From NCBI GenBank assembly GCA_045652745.1, contig JAZRUW010000015.1, positions 3,120 to 67,119 on the forward strand: a stretch of DNA of 64,000 nucleotides, read 5' to 3'. Made by a program: the position numbers and the translations under genes. The notes under the pieces are model-generated. The model saw only the letters and a list, made by a program, of their open reading frames with translations, was not told the origin of the DNA and did no database searches. Position 1 is the first letter of the stretch, and each line of letters begins with the position of its first letter. Origin of the DNA: Clostridia bacterium. GTDB lineage: Bacteria > Bacillota > Clostridia > UBA1381 > UMGS1253. Below, piece by piece: positions 1 to 9,395 of the stretch.

Positions 1-650
1 TGAATATCAATATCGGGACGCTGAATCAAAGCAGTATTGAAGCCATGTTTATTGCAGGCACAAAATCAAAGCAACTCGGACATGTGGTTTTGCTTGACCC
101 GGTGGGTGCAGGCGCAAGCAAACTAAGAACAGAAACGGCACTTAAAATTATGAAGGAAATCAAGCCCAATGTGATTAGAGGAAATATATCGGAGATTAAA
201 ACGCTTGCTCTTGGAAGCGGAACAACCAAGGGTGTAGATGCAGATGCCGCAGATATTGTATCAGAAGAAAATCTTGACGCAATGGTAGAGTTTGCAAAAG
301 CATTTTCAGAAAAGACGGACGCAGTTATTGCAATAACCGGAGCGATAGATTTGGTGGCTGATTGCAAAAAGTGCTATGTAATTCGAAACGGATCACCTAT
401 GATGAGCCGTATTACAGGAACCGGTTGTATGCTTTCGGGCCTGGCTACTGCCTACGCAGTTGCAAATCCTGATCATATAACCGAAGCAGTTGCGGCATCC
501 GTATGCGTGATGGGTCTTGCCGGCGAGATAGGTGTATCTAATATGAAAGACGGGGAAGGAAATTCAAGTCTTCGTAATCACATTATAGATGCGATATACA
601 ACATGGATGCAGAAATTCTCAACAAAGGAGCAAAATATGAACTGCAATAA
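1..650 (+). CDS. thiM: hydroxyethylthiazole kinase (5' end cut by window edge)
   Basis: Reading frame is open back to position 3 (..NINIGTLNQSSIEAMFIAG..). ThiM-like motifs are present (ITGTGCMLSG). thiE and thiD follow directly. Confidence 0.85.
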   Translation, partial: NINIGTLNQSSIEAMFIAGTKSKQLGHVVLLDPVGAGASKLRTETALKIMKEIKPNVIRGNISEIKTLALGSGTTKGVDADAADIVSEENLDAMVEFAKAFSEKTDAVIAITGAIDLVADCKKCYVIRNGSPMMSRITGTGCMLSGLATAYAVANPDHITEAVAASVCVMGLAGEIGVSNMKDGEGNSSLRNHIIDAIYNMDAEILNKGAKYELQ

Positions 651-1278
651 AAAATCATTGCTTTTATATGCGGTAACCGACCGCACGTGGCTAGACGGCG
701 AAACTTTATATGAACAGGTTGAAAAGGCAATACAAGGCGGTGTTACATTTGTTCAGCTTCGTGAAAAAAACCTTGATGAAGAAAGTTTTCTGAATGAAGC
801 ATTAGAAATACAGAAACTTTGCAGGAAGCATAACATCCCTTTTGTTATCAATGACCATGTTGAAATTGCAAGAAAGATAGATGCTGATGGTGTTCATGTG
901 GGACAAAGCGACATGAAAGCCGGAAATGTGCGAGCAATTCTCGGTGAAGGTAAGATACTTGGTGTGTCGGCGCAAACGGTAGAACAAGCTCTGCTTGCTG
1001 AAAAAGAAGGCGCAGATTATCTTGGCGTGGGCGCCGTATTTCCGACAGGTTCAAAAGCAGATGCAGAAGATGTAAGCCTTGACACCTTAAAAGAAATATG
1101 CCGTGCGGTGAGCATTCCTGTGGTTGCCATTGGTGGAATTGGTGCGGGAAATGTATCCAAACTTGAAAACAGCGGTATATCGGGAATAGCAGTAATCAGT
1201 GCAATTTTTGCAGCAGAGGATATTGAATCTGCTACAAAAAACTTAAAAGAGTTAACCCAAAAGGTGGTGGCTGAATGA
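637..1278 (+). CDS. thiE: thiamine-phosphate synthase
   Basis: ATG at 637 is preceded by AAAGGAG; the track start at 589 would overlap thiM. Motifs LYAVTDR, VQLREK, GVHVGQSD, GVGAVFPT and VAIGGI are present. Confidence 0.9.
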   Translation: MNCNKKSLLLYAVTDRTWLDGETLYEQVEKAIQGGVTFVQLREKNLDEESFLNEALEIQKLCRKHNIPFVINDHVEIARKIDADGVHVGQSDMKAGNVRAILGEGKILGVSAQTVEQALLAEKEGADYLGVGAVFPTGSKADAEDVSLDTLKEICRAVSIPVVAIGGIGAGNVSKLENSGISGIAVISAIFAAEDIESATKNLKELTQKVVAE

Positions 1279-2708
1279 TAAAGGGCGCAATTTTTGATTT
1301 AGACGGAACTTTAATTGACTCTATGTTTATTTGGGATACTATTGGAGAAGATTATTTGAAATCTTTCGGTATAGAACCAAAAGAAAACCTTGCGGAAATT
1401 TTTAAAACATTTACGCTTGAACAAGCCGCAGAGTATTATCGAAAGCAGTATGGGGTTACACTTTCTGTTGAGGAAATCGTAGATGGCATAAATAATATGG
1501 TGGCAGAAATATATCGGACAAAAGTAATGCTTAAACCGGGTGCAAGTGATTTTTTGAAAAGATTGCAGAGGTCGGATGTGAAAATGTGTATTGCAACCGT
1601 AACAGACAGACCTATTGCAGAAGATGTTTTGAAACGGTTGAATGTTCGTGAATACTTTTCTGCAATATTCACTTGTGCTGAGGTTGGATATAACAAAGAA
1701 ACACCCGAAATTTACAGAGAAGCGCTAAATCATCTTGGAACTCCCAAAACGGAAACCGTCGTTTTTGAAGACGTGCTTCACGCCATAAAAACGGCTAAGG
1801 AAGATGGGTTTAAGGTGGCGGCAGTTTATGATGCACACGAACCCAAACAAGAGGAAATAAAAGAAGTTTCAGATTATTACATAATGGATTTTGGTAGTTT
1901 TTGTTTTAAGACGAAAATGAAAACGGCGCTTACGATTGCAGGCAGTGATTCCAGTGGCGGCGCAGGTGTTCAAGCCGATATTAAAACCATGACAATGCAT
2001 GGGGTTTATGCAATGAGTGCAATTACGGCACTGACGGCACAAAACACGCTTGGAGTAAGAGCGATTTTAGAGGTGGCACCTGACTTTTTAAAACAACAAC
2101 TTGATGCGGTGTTTGAAGACATATTCCCGGATAGCGTGAAAATCGGAATGGTGTCATCAAGTGCATTGATAGAAGTAATCGCAGAACGGCTAAAACATTA
2201 TAATGCAAAAAACATTGTAGTAGATCCCGTAATGGTAGCAACAAGCGGCTCTGCGCTCATAAAGACAGAGGCAATAAACACATTGGCTGAAAAGTTATTG
2301 CCCATTGCAACCCTTGTAACTCCAAACATTCCCGAAGCAGAAATCTTATCAGATATGAAAATCAAGAGTAAGGACGATATGATCAAAGCTGCAGAATTCA
2401 TTGACAAAAGCTATGGATGTAGTGTTCTGTTAAAAGGTGGTCATAGCATAAACGATGCAAATGACCTTCTGTGTGAAAACGGCCGATTTGTATGGGTTGA
2501 TGGTAAAAGGATTGATAATCCTAACACACATGGAACGGGATGCACTTTGTCAAGTGCCATTGCATCCAATCTTGCTAAAGGATTTCGCCTCGTGGATGCG
2601 GTGAGAAAAGCGAAAGATTACATATCTGATGCACTTTCAGCAGGCCTTGATTTAGGGGATGGTTCGGGGCCAATAAAACATAATTTTAAAATAAATAGTG
2701 GTATCTAA
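1275..2708 (+). CDS. thiD: fusion protein: N-terminal HAD-IA phosphatase domain + hydroxymethylpyrimidine/phosphomethylpyrimidine kinase
   Basis: ATGA overlap with the thiE stop. The N-terminus has the HAD motif FDLDGTLIDS and a later EDVLHAIKTAKEDG segment. From about residue 215 it reads as typical ThiD (LTIAGSDSSGGAGVQADIKT ... GTGCTLSSAIA). There is no stop codon between the two halves. Confidence 0.85.
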   Translation: MIKGAIFDLDGTLIDSMFIWDTIGEDYLKSFGIEPKENLAEIFKTFTLEQAAEYYRKQYGVTLSVEEIVDGINNMVAEIYRTKVMLKPGASDFLKRLQRSDVKMCIATVTDRPIAEDVLKRLNVREYFSAIFTCAEVGYNKETPEIYREALNHLGTPKTETVVFEDVLHAIKTAKEDGFKVAAVYDAHEPKQEEIKEVSDYYIMDFGSFCFKTKMKTALTIAGSDSSGGAGVQADIKTMTMHGVYAMSAITALTAQNTLGVRAILEVAPDFLKQQLDAVFEDIFPDSVKIGMVSSSALIEVIAERLKHYNAKNIVVDPVMVATSGSALIKTEAINTLAEKLLPIATLVTPNIPEAEILSDMKIKSKDDMIKAAEFIDKSYGCSVLLKGGHSINDANDLLCENGRFVWVDGKRIDNPNTHGTGCTLSSAIASNLAKGFRLVDAVRKAKDYISDALSAGLDLGDGSGPIKHNFKINSGI

Positions 2709-2783
2709 ACCATTCGGCCTACCAACCAAAGAAGCACCCATGCGGGTGCTTTTTTGTTGGTATATGAAACTCAAAATGCTTTA

Positions 2784-3866
2784 TTATTTCAGCATTTGAC
2801 GGAGCTTTCTTCTCGTTCGGTTTATATGCCGTTCAAAATCGCCCTTTGCGATAAATTCTGCAAGCACATATTGCTCAAAGACAGGTACGGTACAGGAGTA
2901 AAATCCCATTTTGTTATAAAACGGCTGGACAAGGTCTTTCGGCAATACCATGTAACCGATTCTCATGGAGGGCGCAATGGTTTTTGTGAAGGTATTTACA
3001 TAGATTACACTGCGCGTGGGCTCAAGCGAAAAAACGGTGTCTTCATTTTTGGTGGATATTGTAAATTCCGAATTGAAGTCATCTTCAATAATTACGCCAC
3101 CCCGGTCCTTTGCCCATTGTATATACTCATTTCGCTTTGAGGCGCTTGCAGTGATGCCGCTCGGAAAGCTTCTGAAAGGGGTTATATGCAGGACGGATGC
3201 ACCGGTTTTTGCAAGTTGTGATGTTAAAATGCCGTCCTTGCCCAATTTGAGCAAATCACACCGGGCACCGTTGGCTCTGTATACGGAGTGAATCTTTTCG
3301 TAGGACGGATTTTCCAGGGCATATATTTTATCACGGCCCAAAAACTGCACGATCAGGCCGTAGAGATATTCTGCGCCTGAGCCGATTACAATCTGGTTAT
3401 ATCCAACATGAATGCCTTTGCTTCTGGCAAGATAATCCGCAATTGCTTTTCGAAGCTCGGTGCATCCGGCGTTCGGAGATTTTATCAAAATGTTTTCTCC
3501 GTGTTTTGATATTACATTGCGCATTGTCTTGGCAAGTACGGAAAACGGGAAATCGTTTGTTTGCTCATGCGGGAGTTTTGCGGGCATATCGGGCACATCA
3601 TTTTCTGCAATCGGCACAAAATCGTTTTTTCGGTAGGCAACAAAGTAGCCTCTGCGTTCTTGCGCTTCGATGTAGCCTTCATCACATAAAATTCCGTAAG
3701 CGTGCTCAACGGTAATTACACTTGTTCGTGTTTCCTCTGCAAGAATACGCTTGGAAGGCAGTTTGTCTGCGTATTTATACAGGGAATTTATGATGTCGCT
3801 TCGGAGTTGTTCGTACAGCTGCATATATGCTTTTTTTGGGGATTTTGCATCAATGGAATATTTCAT
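2784..3866 (-). CDS. MocR/PdxR-type regulator (GntR wHTH + fold-type I aminotransferase-like domain), short form
   Basis: N-terminal GntR-type wHTH (LPSKRILAEETRTSVITVEHAYGILCDEGYI). The aminotransferase-like body carries a PLP-lysine-type motif (NTFTKTIAPSMRIGY). At 360 aa it is shorter than I expect for this family. Confidence 0.75.
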   Translation of the reverse strand: MKYSIDAKSPKKAYMQLYEQLRSDIINSLYKYADKLPSKRILAEETRTSVITVEHAYGILCDEGYIEAQERRGYFVAYRKNDFVPIAENDVPDMPAKLPHEQTNDFPFSVLAKTMRNVISKHGENILIKSPNAGCTELRKAIADYLARSKGIHVGYNQIVIGSGAEYLYGLIVQFLGRDKIYALENPSYEKIHSVYRANGARCDLLKLGKDGILTSQLAKTGASVLHITPFRSFPSGITASASKRNEYIQWAKDRGGVIIEDDFNSEFTISTKNEDTVFSLEPTRSVIYVNTFTKTIAPSMRIGYMVLPKDLVQPFYNKMGFYSCTVPVFEQYVLAEFIAKGDFERHINRTRRKLRQMLK

Positions 3867-3957
3867 CTGGCTATATTAAATTCTCCTCAATTGGTAATTG
3901 CGATATGTTCAGAATTATTATATAATAAACAAAAATTTTTGTAAAGGGGTTTTCGAA

Positions 3958-4455
3958 ATGAAAACAAACACACAAAAAATTGTAACGGCGTCCATGCTTG
4001 CAGCGCTTTGCTGTGTAGCGACAATGATTATCAAAATACCGTCGCCGCTTAAAGGATATCTGAATTTAGGTGACTGCGTTGTGCTTCTTTCCGGTTGGCT
4101 TTTGACCCCGGCATATGGACTTGCGGCTGCGGGCATCGGTTCTGCACTTGCAGATTTGTTCTCCGGTTATGCGGTATATGCGCCTGCAACTTTCATCATC
4201 AAGGGTCTTATGGCACTAATTGCGCATTTTTGTTTTAAAGGTATACATAATAAGATTGGCAATACGCCTGCAAGAGTGATTGGCGGTGCGCTTGCTGAAA
4301 TTGCAATGATCCTCGGTTATTTTGTTTTTGAAGGATTTATGTATGGCTTTGCACCGTCCGCGGTAAATATACCCGCAAACGGCGTGCAAGGCATTGCAGG
4401 GTTCATTATTGGACTGGTACTTGTGAAAATATTTGAGAAATCAAAGATGTTTTGA
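3958..4455 (+). CDS. ECF-transporter S component (substrate-capture subunit), substrate unknown
   Basis: ATG at 3958 follows AAAGGGG; the track start at 3898 is less likely. About 165 aa, multi-pass and hydrophobic, with an ECF-S-like core (LNLGDCVVLLSGWLLTPAYG..GSALADLFSGYAVYAPATFIIKG). Divergent from the MocR-type regulator. Confidence 0.65.
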   Translation: MKTNTQKIVTASMLAALCCVATMIIKIPSPLKGYLNLGDCVVLLSGWLLTPAYGLAAAGIGSALADLFSGYAVYAPATFIIKGLMALIAHFCFKGIHNKIGNTPARVIGGALAEIAMILGYFVFEGFMYGFAPSAVNIPANGVQGIAGFIIGLVLVKIFEKSKMF

Positions 4456-4490
4456 GTCCGGATGGCGGTATTTTCATTATATTACTCTAT

Positions 4491-4518
4491 AAAAGAGCAC
4501 TTACAGAGTGCTCTTTTG
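4491..4518 (+). terminator. intrinsic terminator after the ECF S-component gene
   Basis: Hairpin AGAGCACT/AGTGCTCT followed by TTTT. Confidence 0.7.
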
Positions 4519-4520
4519 GT

Positions 4521-4598
4521 ATTTAGAAAAAAATCTAAATAGCTATTGACAAAACAATTAAGCCATGATATATTGTATTTAGATAATTATCTAAATAC
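4521..4598 (+). promoter_or_regulatory. promoter flanked by two palindromic operators for the ArsR/SdpR-type repressor
   Basis: ATTTAGAAAAAAATCTAAAT lies at 4521-4540. A perfect 24-bp palindrome GTATTTAGATAATTATCTAAATAC lies at 4575-4598. Together they bracket TTGACA(4547-4552)-17-TATATT. Confidence 0.6.
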
Positions 4599-4618
4599 CG
4601 GCAGAAGGGGGTATGTAT

Positions 4619-4888
4619 ATGGGCATGAATGAAACATTAAAAGCAATTTCCGATCCGATACGCAGAGATATTTTACAAATGCTGAAGGGCGGAAGGAAAT
4701 CCGCAGGTGAAATTGCGGAGAAATTTGATTTGACGGGGGCGACGGTGTCGTATCATTTGTCCAAACTCAAAAGCGCGGATTTGATTGCCGAACAAAAGTA
4801 CAAAAACTTTATTTATTACGAACTCAACACATCGGTTTTCGAAGAGGTTTTAAGTTGGATTTATACTTTGGGAGGGAAGCAAAAATGA
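4619..4888 (+). CDS. ArsR/SdpR-family transcriptional repressor
   Basis: Winged-HTH motifs are present (ISDPIRRDILQML...AGEIAEKFDLTGATVSYHLSKLKSADLI). The start could be 4613, 4619 or 4625. The 3' end overlaps the next gene by 4 nt. Confidence 0.8.
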   Translation: MGMNETLKAISDPIRRDILQMLKGGRKSAGEIAEKFDLTGATVSYHLSKLKSADLIAEQKYKNFIYYELNTSVFEEVLSWIYTLGGKQK

Positions 4889-5499
4889 AAAAGATAAAAT
4901 GGAAATATCTCTTGCTGACTTGTGCGGTTTGTCTTTTGCCGATTGCGTTCGGCGTAGTTTTATGGGAAAAATTGCCGCAGACCATCGCTACACATTTTAA
5001 TATACACAACGAGCCGGACGGGTTTTCTTCCAAAGCCTTTGCGGTGTTCGGTTTGCCGGTGCTGATGGCGGTTTTGCAGGCGATTTGCTGTTTGATTAAC
5101 GATTTCAATGCGGCAAAGCACGGTGAACGCAAGAAATTTGAACATGCGACGAAATGGATTATTCCGGTAATGAGTATCCTGTTGCAGGGCGCAATATTTG
5201 CGTATGCCCTGGGTTTGGCGATAGATATTCACAAGGTGGCGTGTGTGATTGTCGGCGCGGTATTTTTGGTTGTCGGCAACTATCTGCCGAAATTCGATTA
5301 TGTGAAAAACTATGATTTAGATACGCAGAAAGCGAGAAAAATCAATCGTTTTATCGGTTATGAAAGTTTTGTGATGGGACTGTTGTTTCTGATCAGCATC
5401 TTTATGCCGCCGGCGTTTAGTATTGCCTGTCTCATTTTGTTAATCCCGTATGCAGTTCTCAGTATTGTTTACAGTATTTGGGTTATAAAAAGAGGATAA
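4885..5499 (+). CDS. SdpI-family / DUF1648-type integral membrane protein
   Basis: ATG at 4885 (MKKIKWKYLLL..). Multi-pass membrane protein with an N-terminal segment WEKLPQTIATHFNIHNEPDGF. Paired with an ArsR/SdpR-type gene, as in sdpR-sdpI modules. Confidence 0.65.
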   Translation: MKKIKWKYLLLTCAVCLLPIAFGVVLWEKLPQTIATHFNIHNEPDGFSSKAFAVFGLPVLMAVLQAICCLINDFNAAKHGERKKFEHATKWIIPVMSILLQGAIFAYALGLAIDIHKVACVIVGAVFLVVGNYLPKFDYVKNYDLDTQKARKINRFIGYESFVMGLLFLISIFMPPAFSIACLILLIPYAVLSIVYSIWVIKRG

Positions 5500-5560
5500 C
5501 TTGCATAATTACATCCGAAGCTACACATACTTATCGTATCAAAACAAAGGATGTGAAAGT

Positions 5561-5995
5561 ATGGTAGAACAGGATACAATTAAGCTTTTGCGTGAATGTG
5601 ATGCAGGCGTGAAGATGGGGATTGACTCCATTGACGATGTGCTCGATTCGGTTCAGAGCGATTCGCTCAAGCAAATCCTGACAAAATGCAAAGACGAGCA
5701 CGACAAGCTCGATGCGCAGATTCAGTCGCTTCTGGATTCTTACCAAGATGAGGGCAAGGAGCCGGCGGCGATTGCACAGGGAATGTCGTGGATGAAAACG
5801 AATTTCAAGCTTGCGATGGACAACTCGGATGCTACGGTGGCGGATTTGATGACGGACGGTTGCAATATGGGCGTAAAATCGCTTTCCAAATATTTAAACC
5901 AGTATGCGGCGGCGGACGAAAAAAGCAAGGATATTACAAAATCCCTCATTCATTTGGAAGAACGGTTGGCTGTGTCGCTTCGGGATTATTTGTAA
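5561..5995 (+). CDS. hypothetical helical protein
   Basis: ATG at 5561 follows AAAGGATGTGA. The 144-aa sequence is rich in charged helices and has no motif I can name. A terminator lies at 6007-6040. Confidence 0.5.
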   Translation: MVEQDTIKLLRECDAGVKMGIDSIDDVLDSVQSDSLKQILTKCKDEHDKLDAQIQSLLDSYQDEGKEPAAIAQGMSWMKTNFKLAMDNSDATVADLMTDGCNMGVKSLSKYLNQYAAADEKSKDITKSLIHLEERLAVSLRDYL

Positions 5996-6006
5996 AAAAC
6001 AATTTC

Positions 6007-6040
6007 AAAACGCACCTGATTGTTGCAGGTGCGTTTTTTT
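6007..6040 (+). terminator. intrinsic terminator
   Basis: AACGCACCTG/CAGGTGCGTT hairpin followed by a T7 run. Confidence 0.8.
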
Positions 6041-6155
6041 ATACCCGTGAGGCTGAATTGACAATCTGGGCATACTGTGATAACATAGTACATAGATATT
6101 GAAATAATAAGCGGGGTTCAATTGCGCTTTTGCATTTAAGAAGGAGGACAACGGT

Positions 6156-6734
6156 ATGAATATTTGTGTATACGGAGCATCGAGTAACAGCATCGATAAA
6201 ATATATTTGGATACGGCTTATGCGTTGGCTTGTGAGATGGCCAAACGCGGACACACCTTGATTTATGGTGGCGGCGGCAATGGCGTGATGGGTGCCTGCG
6301 CACGCGGCGCAAACGATAACGGCGGCAAAATCGTCGGTGTTTCGCCGAAGTTTTTTACGGTGGACGGTGTGCTTTATGACCACTGCACCGAGTTTATCTT
6401 CACCGAAACCATGCGCGAGCGAAAAAAGATTTTGGAAGACCGTTCCGATGCGTTTATTATTGCGCCGGGCGGCATTGGCACGTTTGACGAGTTTTTTGAA
6501 ATTTTAACACTCAAGCAACTTGAGCGTCACAATAAGCCGATTGCGATTTTCAATGTAAACGGCTATTACGATGCCATGCTTGAAATGCTCAAAAAGACGG
6601 CTGACGGCAAGTTTATGACGCAAAAAAGTTTAGAGCTTTTTGAAGTTTTTGACGAGGCTGGTGCAATGCTGGATTATATCGAAAACTATGATGATGCACC
6701 GATGGATATTCGCGAGTTAAAGGATATTGGTTGA
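6156..6734 (+). CDS. LOG-family nucleotide phosphoribohydrolase (TIGR00730-type)
   Basis: Motifs GGGGNGVMG and PGGIGTFDEFFE are present. Length is 192 aa. Confidence 0.8.
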   Translation: MNICVYGASSNSIDKIYLDTAYALACEMAKRGHTLIYGGGGNGVMGACARGANDNGGKIVGVSPKFFTVDGVLYDHCTEFIFTETMRERKKILEDRSDAFIIAPGGIGTFDEFFEILTLKQLERHNKPIAIFNVNGYYDAMLEMLKKTADGKFMTQKSLELFEVFDEAGAMLDYIENYDDAPMDIRELKDIG

Positions 6735-6846
6735 AAATTGGAGGCGCGTTTGCGTTGACCGCTGTCTTATTCGGCAGTGGACTTGCGGAAACCGCGTATG
6801 CGGCATCCGAACGGGACGGTATATTAAACGTTTGAGGTGACAAAAC

Positions 6847-7899
6847 ATGTGTAATATAGCAGGTTACATCGGTAAAAAACAGGCGGCTCCCATCCTGTGT
6901 AAAATGATGAAAAAGCAGGAGGGCTTCGGCGCCGGGTACTATACGGGCATCACCACGCATGACGGCATGAGCATGCACACGGTCAAGGTGCTCGGCAATA
7001 TGAAAAACCTGCTCGAAGAAACGAAAGCCGTTACATTTCCCGGCACAATCGGCTTTTTGCACAGCCGTTCCAAATCGGGCGGCGGTGTAGAGTGGGGACA
7101 TCCGTTTACCGCAAAAGGCGGTGACTTATCCTATATTGCCAATGGTGCTGCCGGCAGATTTTTGACGGAAGAGCATAAACAAAAACGTTGCGCATTGGCA
7201 CTCGAACTTGAAAAGAAAGGGTACGAATTTTTGTCCAGATGCGAGGGTGTCATTGGAGATTATCCTGCGCTTTCGGACGGTACGGCAATTCACATGAGTG
7301 ATTTGATGTGTCAGTATATTGCGTGCCTGATCGATGAAGGCTATTCGCCTACGGCGGCGATGAGCAAGGCAAATTCTGATTTGCCGAGTGAGGTTGTCGG
7401 ACTTGTGATGCGTAAGGAAAATCCGAGAAGCATTTTTATTACACGCATAAATTATCCGATGATGATCGGTACGGCATGTGACGGGGATATTTATCTTGCG
7501 ACAACAGCCTTGGCCTTTCCGGAAGATGTGCAATTTCGCAGTATTGAACTTTTGCCGCCGTGTACAACCTTTGAGGTGTCGGACGGCGGTTACCGCACAG
7601 CGACCGAGCCGGTGCTCATTGATAATATTGCGTCGCTTACGCCGGATATTTATATGAAAGCGTATCCGAAAGTGGTGGACTATTTGCAGGGCAAGCAGGA
7701 CAATCCGCCTTCGTTTTGGGATGTGGTTGAAAACTGCGCCAATGTGTGGCCGGAGGGCAAAATCGGTCAAGAGGAACCGCTGATTTATGAAATCTTGCGC
7801 GCTCTTCATACCGAGGGCAGACTCGGCATTGTCTATGCCGAGGAAGACGGCGCATTTGAAGGTTACAAGATGGACAAATTCAGAGTCTATTTAAAGTAA
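6847..7899 (+). CDS. class-II (Ntn-type) glutamine amidotransferase-like protein
   Basis: The N-terminus is MCNIAGYIG, i.e. Cys directly after the initiator Met, as in GlmS/PurF-type amidotransferase domains. No recognisable synthase domain follows. Confidence 0.6.
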   Translation: MCNIAGYIGKKQAAPILCKMMKKQEGFGAGYYTGITTHDGMSMHTVKVLGNMKNLLEETKAVTFPGTIGFLHSRSKSGGGVEWGHPFTAKGGDLSYIANGAAGRFLTEEHKQKRCALALELEKKGYEFLSRCEGVIGDYPALSDGTAIHMSDLMCQYIACLIDEGYSPTAAMSKANSDLPSEVVGLVMRKENPRSIFITRINYPMMIGTACDGDIYLATTALAFPEDVQFRSIELLPPCTTFEVSDGGYRTATEPVLIDNIASLTPDIYMKAYPKVVDYLQGKQDNPPSFWDVVENCANVWPEGKIGQEEPLIYEILRALHTEGRLGIVYAEEDGAFEGYKMDKFRVYLK

Positions 7900-7902
7900 T
7901 TT

Positions 7903-7929
7903 AAAGGAGAGCCTGCGCTCTCCTTTTTC
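7903..7929 (+). terminator. intrinsic terminator
   Basis: AAAGGAGAGC/GCTCTCCTTT hairpin followed by TTT. Confidence 0.8.
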
Positions 7930-8021
7930 GTGCCCTAAAAAGTGATAAACTGTTGACAATAGGGGAAAAATATGATATATAAATAAGATAGGTTTGTATA
8001 TTAAAAATGAGGTGCACGGAT

Positions 8022-9395
8022 ATGTATATTAGTGAACTTTTCCAGAAAAAAGATGAGTTTCTCGGTAAGGAAGTCACCATAAGCGGCTGGGTGAGAAATC
8101 ACCGTAAGCAAAAGAACATGGGCTTTATCGATTTTTATGATGGTACTGCATTTAACCTCTTGCAGCTTGTATATGATACCTCCAATACGGCGGTGCAGGC
8201 AGTTGCAAGCACATTAAAGGTAGGCTGTAGCGCAAAGGTTACAGGTAAGGTGGTTGTAAACGAAGGCAACGGCTCGATTGAAATTGAACTTTCCGCCGCT
8301 GAAATTTTGGGCACTTGTGATGAAGATTATCCGATTCAGCCGAAAAAGCACTCTTTGGAATTTCTCAGAGAAAATGCGTATCTGCGCCCGAGAACAAGAT
8401 TATTCCAGGCGGTATTTAAAATCCGCAGCGTGGCATCCATGGCGATTCATGAGTATTTTCAAAATAACGGCTATGTTTATGTGCATACGCCGCTGTTTAC
8501 CGCAAACGATGCCGAGGGTGCAGGCAGCACCTTTACCGTAACGACCTTAGACCCCATCAGCACCGAAAAGCAGGATTATGCAGACGATTTCTTCGGTCAG
8601 CATACCTCCTTGGCCGTAACCGGTCAGCTCGAGGGTGAAACATTTGCGCTGGCATTTTCCAAGATTTACACCTTTGGTCCGACCTTCAGAGCGGAAAATT
8701 CCAACACCCGTACCCATGCATCCGAATTCTGGATGATTGAGCCGGAAATCGCTTTTGCCGACCTCTCCGATTTGATGGATGTCGAGGAGGATTTCTTAAA
8801 GAGCATCCTTAAAACCATCATGGAGCGTTGCCCGCTCGAGCTCGAATTCCTTGAAAAATACAACGGCGTTGCGCTCCGTGAGCGAATGACCGCTTTGATA
8901 AATTCCGATATCGTGCGTCTGCGCTTTGAAGATGCCATCACCATCTTAAAAGAAGCCGATGCAACCGAAAACTTTGAATTCAAGCCGGACTACAACGAAG
9001 ACCTTGCACGTGAGCATGAAAAGTACCTCACCGAAAAGCACTTCAATGCACCTGTCTTTGTCTATGACTGGCCGAAGGAATTCAAAGCCTTCTACATGTA
9101 TCAAAACGACGACGGCAAAACCGTTGCCGCCGTTGACCTTCTCGTTCCTGCTGCCGGCGAACTCATGGGCGGCAGTCAGCGTGAAACCCGTTACGACCGT
9201 CTTACCGGCCGCATGAACGAACTCGGCATCGCCCCCGACTCCCTCTGGTGGTACTGCAACCTCCGCAAATACGGCGGCTGTACCCACTCCGGCTTCGGTA
9301 TGGGCTTCGAGCGACTCTTAATTTATGTAACCGGTATGGAAAACATCCGTGATGTAATACCTTACCACAGAACCCCGCGCAGCTGCGATTTCTAA
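8022..9395 (+). CDS. asnS: asparagine--tRNA ligase
   Basis: ATG at 8022 (MYISELF). N-terminal OB-fold region, class II motif 2 (FRAENSNTRTHASEFWMIEPE) and motif 3 (GFGMGFERL) are present. Confidence 0.9.
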   Translation: MYISELFQKKDEFLGKEVTISGWVRNHRKQKNMGFIDFYDGTAFNLLQLVYDTSNTAVQAVASTLKVGCSAKVTGKVVVNEGNGSIEIELSAAEILGTCDEDYPIQPKKHSLEFLRENAYLRPRTRLFQAVFKIRSVASMAIHEYFQNNGYVYVHTPLFTANDAEGAGSTFTVTTLDPISTEKQDYADDFFGQHTSLAVTGQLEGETFALAFSKIYTFGPTFRAENSNTRTHASEFWMIEPEIAFADLSDLMDVEEDFLKSILKTIMERCPLELEFLEKYNGVALRERMTALINSDIVRLRFEDAITILKEADATENFEFKPDYNEDLAREHEKYLTEKHFNAPVFVYDWPKEFKAFYMYQNDDGKTVAAVDLLVPAAGELMGGSQRETRYDRLTGRMNELGIAPDSLWWYCNLRKYGGCTHSGFGMGFERLLIYVTGMENIRDVIPYHRTPRSCDF

